Below are positions 56,971 through 64,000 of a stretch of 64,000 nucleotides of DNA, one piece after another. The translations under genes were made by a program, and so were the position numbers. The stretch spans positions 13,986 to 77,985 of the forward strand of contig JASMLP010000001.1 in NCBI GenBank assembly GCA_030748635.1. Reading direction: 5' to 3'. The notes below the pieces were generated by a model, which was not told the origin of the DNA, did no database searches, and worked only from the letters and a program-made list of their open reading frames with translations. Every line of letters starts with the position of its first letter. Position 1 is the first letter of the stretch. This DNA comes from Planctomycetota bacterium. Lineage in GTDB: Bacteria; Planctomycetota; JACQVV01; JASMLP01.

Positions 56971-57480
56971 TCAGCGACCTTCATCCATTTCCCGAACGCG
57001 CTCGGCTTCGTTGGAAAGTTCAAGATCCATTTTCACAGCCTGTAGACGTCGATTCAGTTGCTCTCGATATTTTCCCGAGTTGGGAATATCTCCCCGCAAC
57101 CGCCCGCTTTGGAGGCATCGCTTCGCCCGCTGAAAGTAGGCCAGAGCTTTCTGCACTTCTCCCCGCTTCCAGGCCGTCTGCCCCAAAAGATCACAGACCT
57201 CGGCAGTTTCTCCCTCCTGAGCTAAAACCTTCTCGAAAAGCGCTTCGGCGGGATCCCAGTCTCCCTTCTCCAAGAGTTCAACCCCCTGATCAAAAAGAGT
57301 CAGCGGCTCTCTTTTTTCCTGAATCTTAGGGCCACTTTTCTCGGGTGGAGAGCTATTGGATGAAAATGTGCGGACTACCGAGGTCGAGTCATCCTCCATC
57401 TCATGAACCGTATACCGATGACAACCGAGGGCACACCCCACAAAAACGACCAGCACCCAACACACGCTTTCCCACTTCAT
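56971..57480 (-). CDS. TPR-repeat lipoprotein
   Basis: Lipobox VFVGC, TPR-like helices. Confidence 0.5.
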   Translation of the reverse strand: MKWESVCWVLVVFVGCALGCHRYTVHEMEDDSTSVVRTFSSNSSPPEKSGPKIQEKREPLTLFDQGVELLEKGDWDPAEALFEKVLAQEGETAEVCDLLGQTAWKRGEVQKALAYFQRAKRCLQSGRLRGDIPNSGKYREQLNRRLQAVKMDLELSNEAERVREMDEGR

Positions 57481-57533
57481 GACTGCTCAGTGTACCGACT
57501 GCTTGACAACTCACCCAGCCTTTAACTACCCCA

Positions 57534-62208
<4,675 letters not shown>

Positions 62209-62256
62209 GCGGATAGTGCGTAACCCACCCCCTTCTTCGATTTCAAAGACGAACTT

Positions 62257-63945
62257 TCAGCGCTTTTTGGTCACTCGCCCATTCGCACCTTTCTTCTTGA
62301 AGAGAGCCAAAATCTCTTCCCCATATTTGCGAGAAACCCCCTTGAGCACCGGAACAATCATCCGTTCACTCAAGTCCTCTGCATCATCTTCATCGATTCC
62401 CTTGACAACCACCAGCAGGCCGACCACTTGCTTGCGAACATCCTCGTCCTGAATCTTCTGGAGAAATAGGCTATAAGCCCCATCCTCTTTTTCTGGTAGA
62501 TCCAGATCTGAATCCACGGCTACGGGAGCCGGGTCAGAGTCGACCAGATTCTCATCGTCCACCGCAATAATCTCATCCGAGAGTTCACCTTTTTCCTGAT
62601 AATCGGAGCTCTCCTTCTTTTTCCGACCTTTCTTTTTCCGACTTTTTTTGGCGTCCTTCGGGATCTTGGGCTTGTAGTCCCGGGCTCTCCCGGTCCAAGG
62701 CTCGAGTTCATCTGAGTGCTCTATGGAAAGAGGCTCCACCGATTCGATTTCTGCTGAATCGCTGAGATCAAAATTATCTTCGGTAATCGCGTCCTCGTCC
62801 CAGGAGGTATCCGTATCCGAAATATCCAGATCTTTCGAAACATCGACCGCATCGGAAGTACCTTCCAGATCGTCAAAATCCAGATCCTCATCACTTTCCA
62901 GGTCGACGACATCCGAGATGTCTCCCAGATCCTCAACCTCCGAAATGTCTCCCAGATCCTCGACCTCCGAAATGTCTCCTAGATCCATAATATCCGAAAT
63001 GTCGTCCAGGTCTTCCACCTCCGAAATCTCGTCCAGGTCTTCCACCTCCGAAATCTCGTCCAGGTCTTCCACCTCCGAAATCTCGCCCAGATCTACCACC
63101 TCCGAGATGTCGCCCAGGTCTTCCACCTCCGAGATGTCGCCCAGGTCTTCCACCTCCGAAATCTCTCCCAGAACATCTGAAGAGTCATCGCCCAAAATCT
63201 CCTCGATTCCGTCAAACGATGTCAGATCTTCATCATCCTCATCCATCTCACCGACATCGATCACACTATCCAGTTCGATATCGGAGTCTTCGCTGACATC
63301 AGAAAGAATCCCGCTGTCAAACTCCTCAACATCCTCTACCGCACTCTCCATGCGAATCCCGTCGAGATCCTCCTCGAAACTCACCTCGGTTTCGACAGCC
63401 ATATTCTCCAGATCTCCCACCTCTATCGATGGATCGGAGTCGAGATCCCCGTCATCGAGACTCTCCGCTTCCAGCACCTCCTCCTCATCAAGGCTCTCCG
63501 CTTCCAACACCTCCTCCTCATCGAGGCTCTCCGCCTCCAGCGCCTCCTCCTCATCGAGACTCTCCGCCTCCAGCGCCTCCTCCTCATCGAGACTCTCCGC
63601 CTCCAGCGCCTCCTCCTCATCGAGACTCTCCGCCTCCAACGCCTCCTCCTCATCGAGGCTCTCCGCCTCCAACGCCTCCTCCTCATCGAGGCTCTCCGCC
63701 TCCAACGCCTCTCCCTCATCGAGGCTCTCTTCAGCCATGCCGGGAGAGGAGGGCTCAGGTGCCGAGGAATCAACATCCTCATCTGCCACCGATGCGGCGT
63801 CTACCGGAGACGCGCTCGTCGGTACAACCTGCTGAATAATGAATTCCGCGCCACAACAAGGGCAGCTGAAATTGAAACGAATTTCGTGTCCATCAGAGGA
63901 AGCCACAGGAGCAGATGCCTCGACGCCAGTTGCAGTCTCCGTCAT
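62257..63945 (-). CDS. Highly acidic repeat protein: N-terminal C4 zinc ribbon, two long Asp/Glu-rich tandem-repeat arrays, and a C-terminal ribosomal L7/L12 C-terminal-domain-like fold
   Basis: CPCCGAEF...CP ribbon. (EEALEAESLDEE)n and (ISEVEDLGD)n repeats. The C-terminus QVVGLLVVVKGIDEDDAEDLSERMIVPVLKGVSRKYGEEILALFKKKGA aligns with L7/L12 CTD ([50 protein letters not shown]). Confidence 0.7.
   Translation of the reverse strand: MTETATGVEASAPVASSDGHEIRFNFSCPCCGAEFIIQQVVPTSASPVDAASVADEDVDSSAPEPSSPGMAEESLDEGEALEAESLDEEEALEAESLDEEEALEAESLDEEEALEAESLDEEEALEAESLDEEEALEAESLDEEEVLEAESLDEEEVLEAESLDDGDLDSDPSIEVGDLENMAVETEVSFEEDLDGIRMESAVEDVEEFDSGILSDVSEDSDIELDSVIDVGEMDEDDEDLTSFDGIEEILGDDSSDVLGEISEVEDLGDISEVEDLGDISEVVDLGEISEVEDLDEISEVEDLDEISEVEDLDDISDIMDLGDISEVEDLGDISEVEDLGDISDVVDLESDEDLDFDDLEGTSDAVDVSKDLDISDTDTSWDEDAITEDNFDLSDSAEIESVEPLSIEHSDELEPWTGRARDYKPKIPKDAKKSRKKKGRKKKESSDYQEKGELSDEIIAVDDENLVDSDPAPVAVDSDLDLPEKEDGAYSLFLQKIQDEDVRKQVVGLLVVVKGIDEDDAEDLSERMIVPVLKGVSRKYGEEILALFKKKGANGRVTKKR
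62905..63175. repeat. In-frame 30-bp tandem repeat array (~9 copies; unit cacctccgaaatctcgtccaggtcttc on the + strand), encoding (I/M)SEVEDLGD on the minus strand
   Basis: Direct reading shows consecutive near-identical 30-mers differing by single nucleotides. Confidence 0.9.
63455..63735. repeat. In-frame 36-bp tandem repeat array (~8 copies; unit ctcctcctcatcgaggctctccgcctccagcgc on the + strand), encoding EEALEAESLDEE on the minus strand
   Basis: Consecutive near-perfect 36-mers seen directly in the sequence. Confidence 0.9.
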
Positions 63946-64000
63946 ATCTACCTCATCATGAAAAACCGATTACGACCAGAAGTTGGTGCCAATCTCGATT

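Noticed and set aside
62723-63835. 370-aa Ser-rich + strand ORF across the tandem-repeat region
   Set aside because: It is the reverse-complement frame of the acidic repeat gene (GAG/GAC codons read as CTC/GTC give Ser/Glu runs). The minus-strand frame has a zinc ribbon, an L12-CTD-like tail and sensible start and stop, so the + ORF is an artefact

Overview
This is a GC-rich (~58-60% GC) bacterial chromosomal window with dense coding on both strands, about 45 CDS, and no rRNA, tRNA or CRISPR that I could recognise. The gene content suggests a Planctomycetota-like organism (several Hanks-type Ser/Thr kinases, giant multidomain signalling proteins, enlarged signal peptidase I paralogues, an Flp-type pilin), but that is inference only. 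Recognisable housekeeping genes include uvrB, purB, an iscS/nifS-like cysteine desulfurase, fmt, rsmB, lepA, an HU gene, coaX, ligA, a mnmE-like GTPase and a QueE-like radical-SAM enzyme. The most unusual locus is 3.97-10.70 kb. Three tandem paralogous secreted ~600-aa proteins share a conserved Cys motif (GWWGRCNNVG), a conserved His motif (GSHVWNYNFESA) and an EF-hand/dockerin-like Ca loop, with no obvious known domain. Between them lie a small secreted protein and an unannotated 54-aa Flp-type prepilin. Upstream sits a near-consensus sigma-54 -24/-12 element with an NtrC-like dyad about 100 bp further up, and downstream a strong intrinsic terminator. Other notable architectures are a 1699-aa STK-AAA-TPR-GAF-PP2C fusion; an orphan QueE next to an ABC ATPase plus an ABC-2 permease::CPBP fusion; duplicated giant signal peptidase I genes inside a lepA...fmt-rsmB neighbourhood; LptB fused to TPR; and a highly acidic protein with a zinc ribbon, two perfect in-frame DNA tandem-repeat arrays and a ribosomal L7/L12 C-terminal-like domain.
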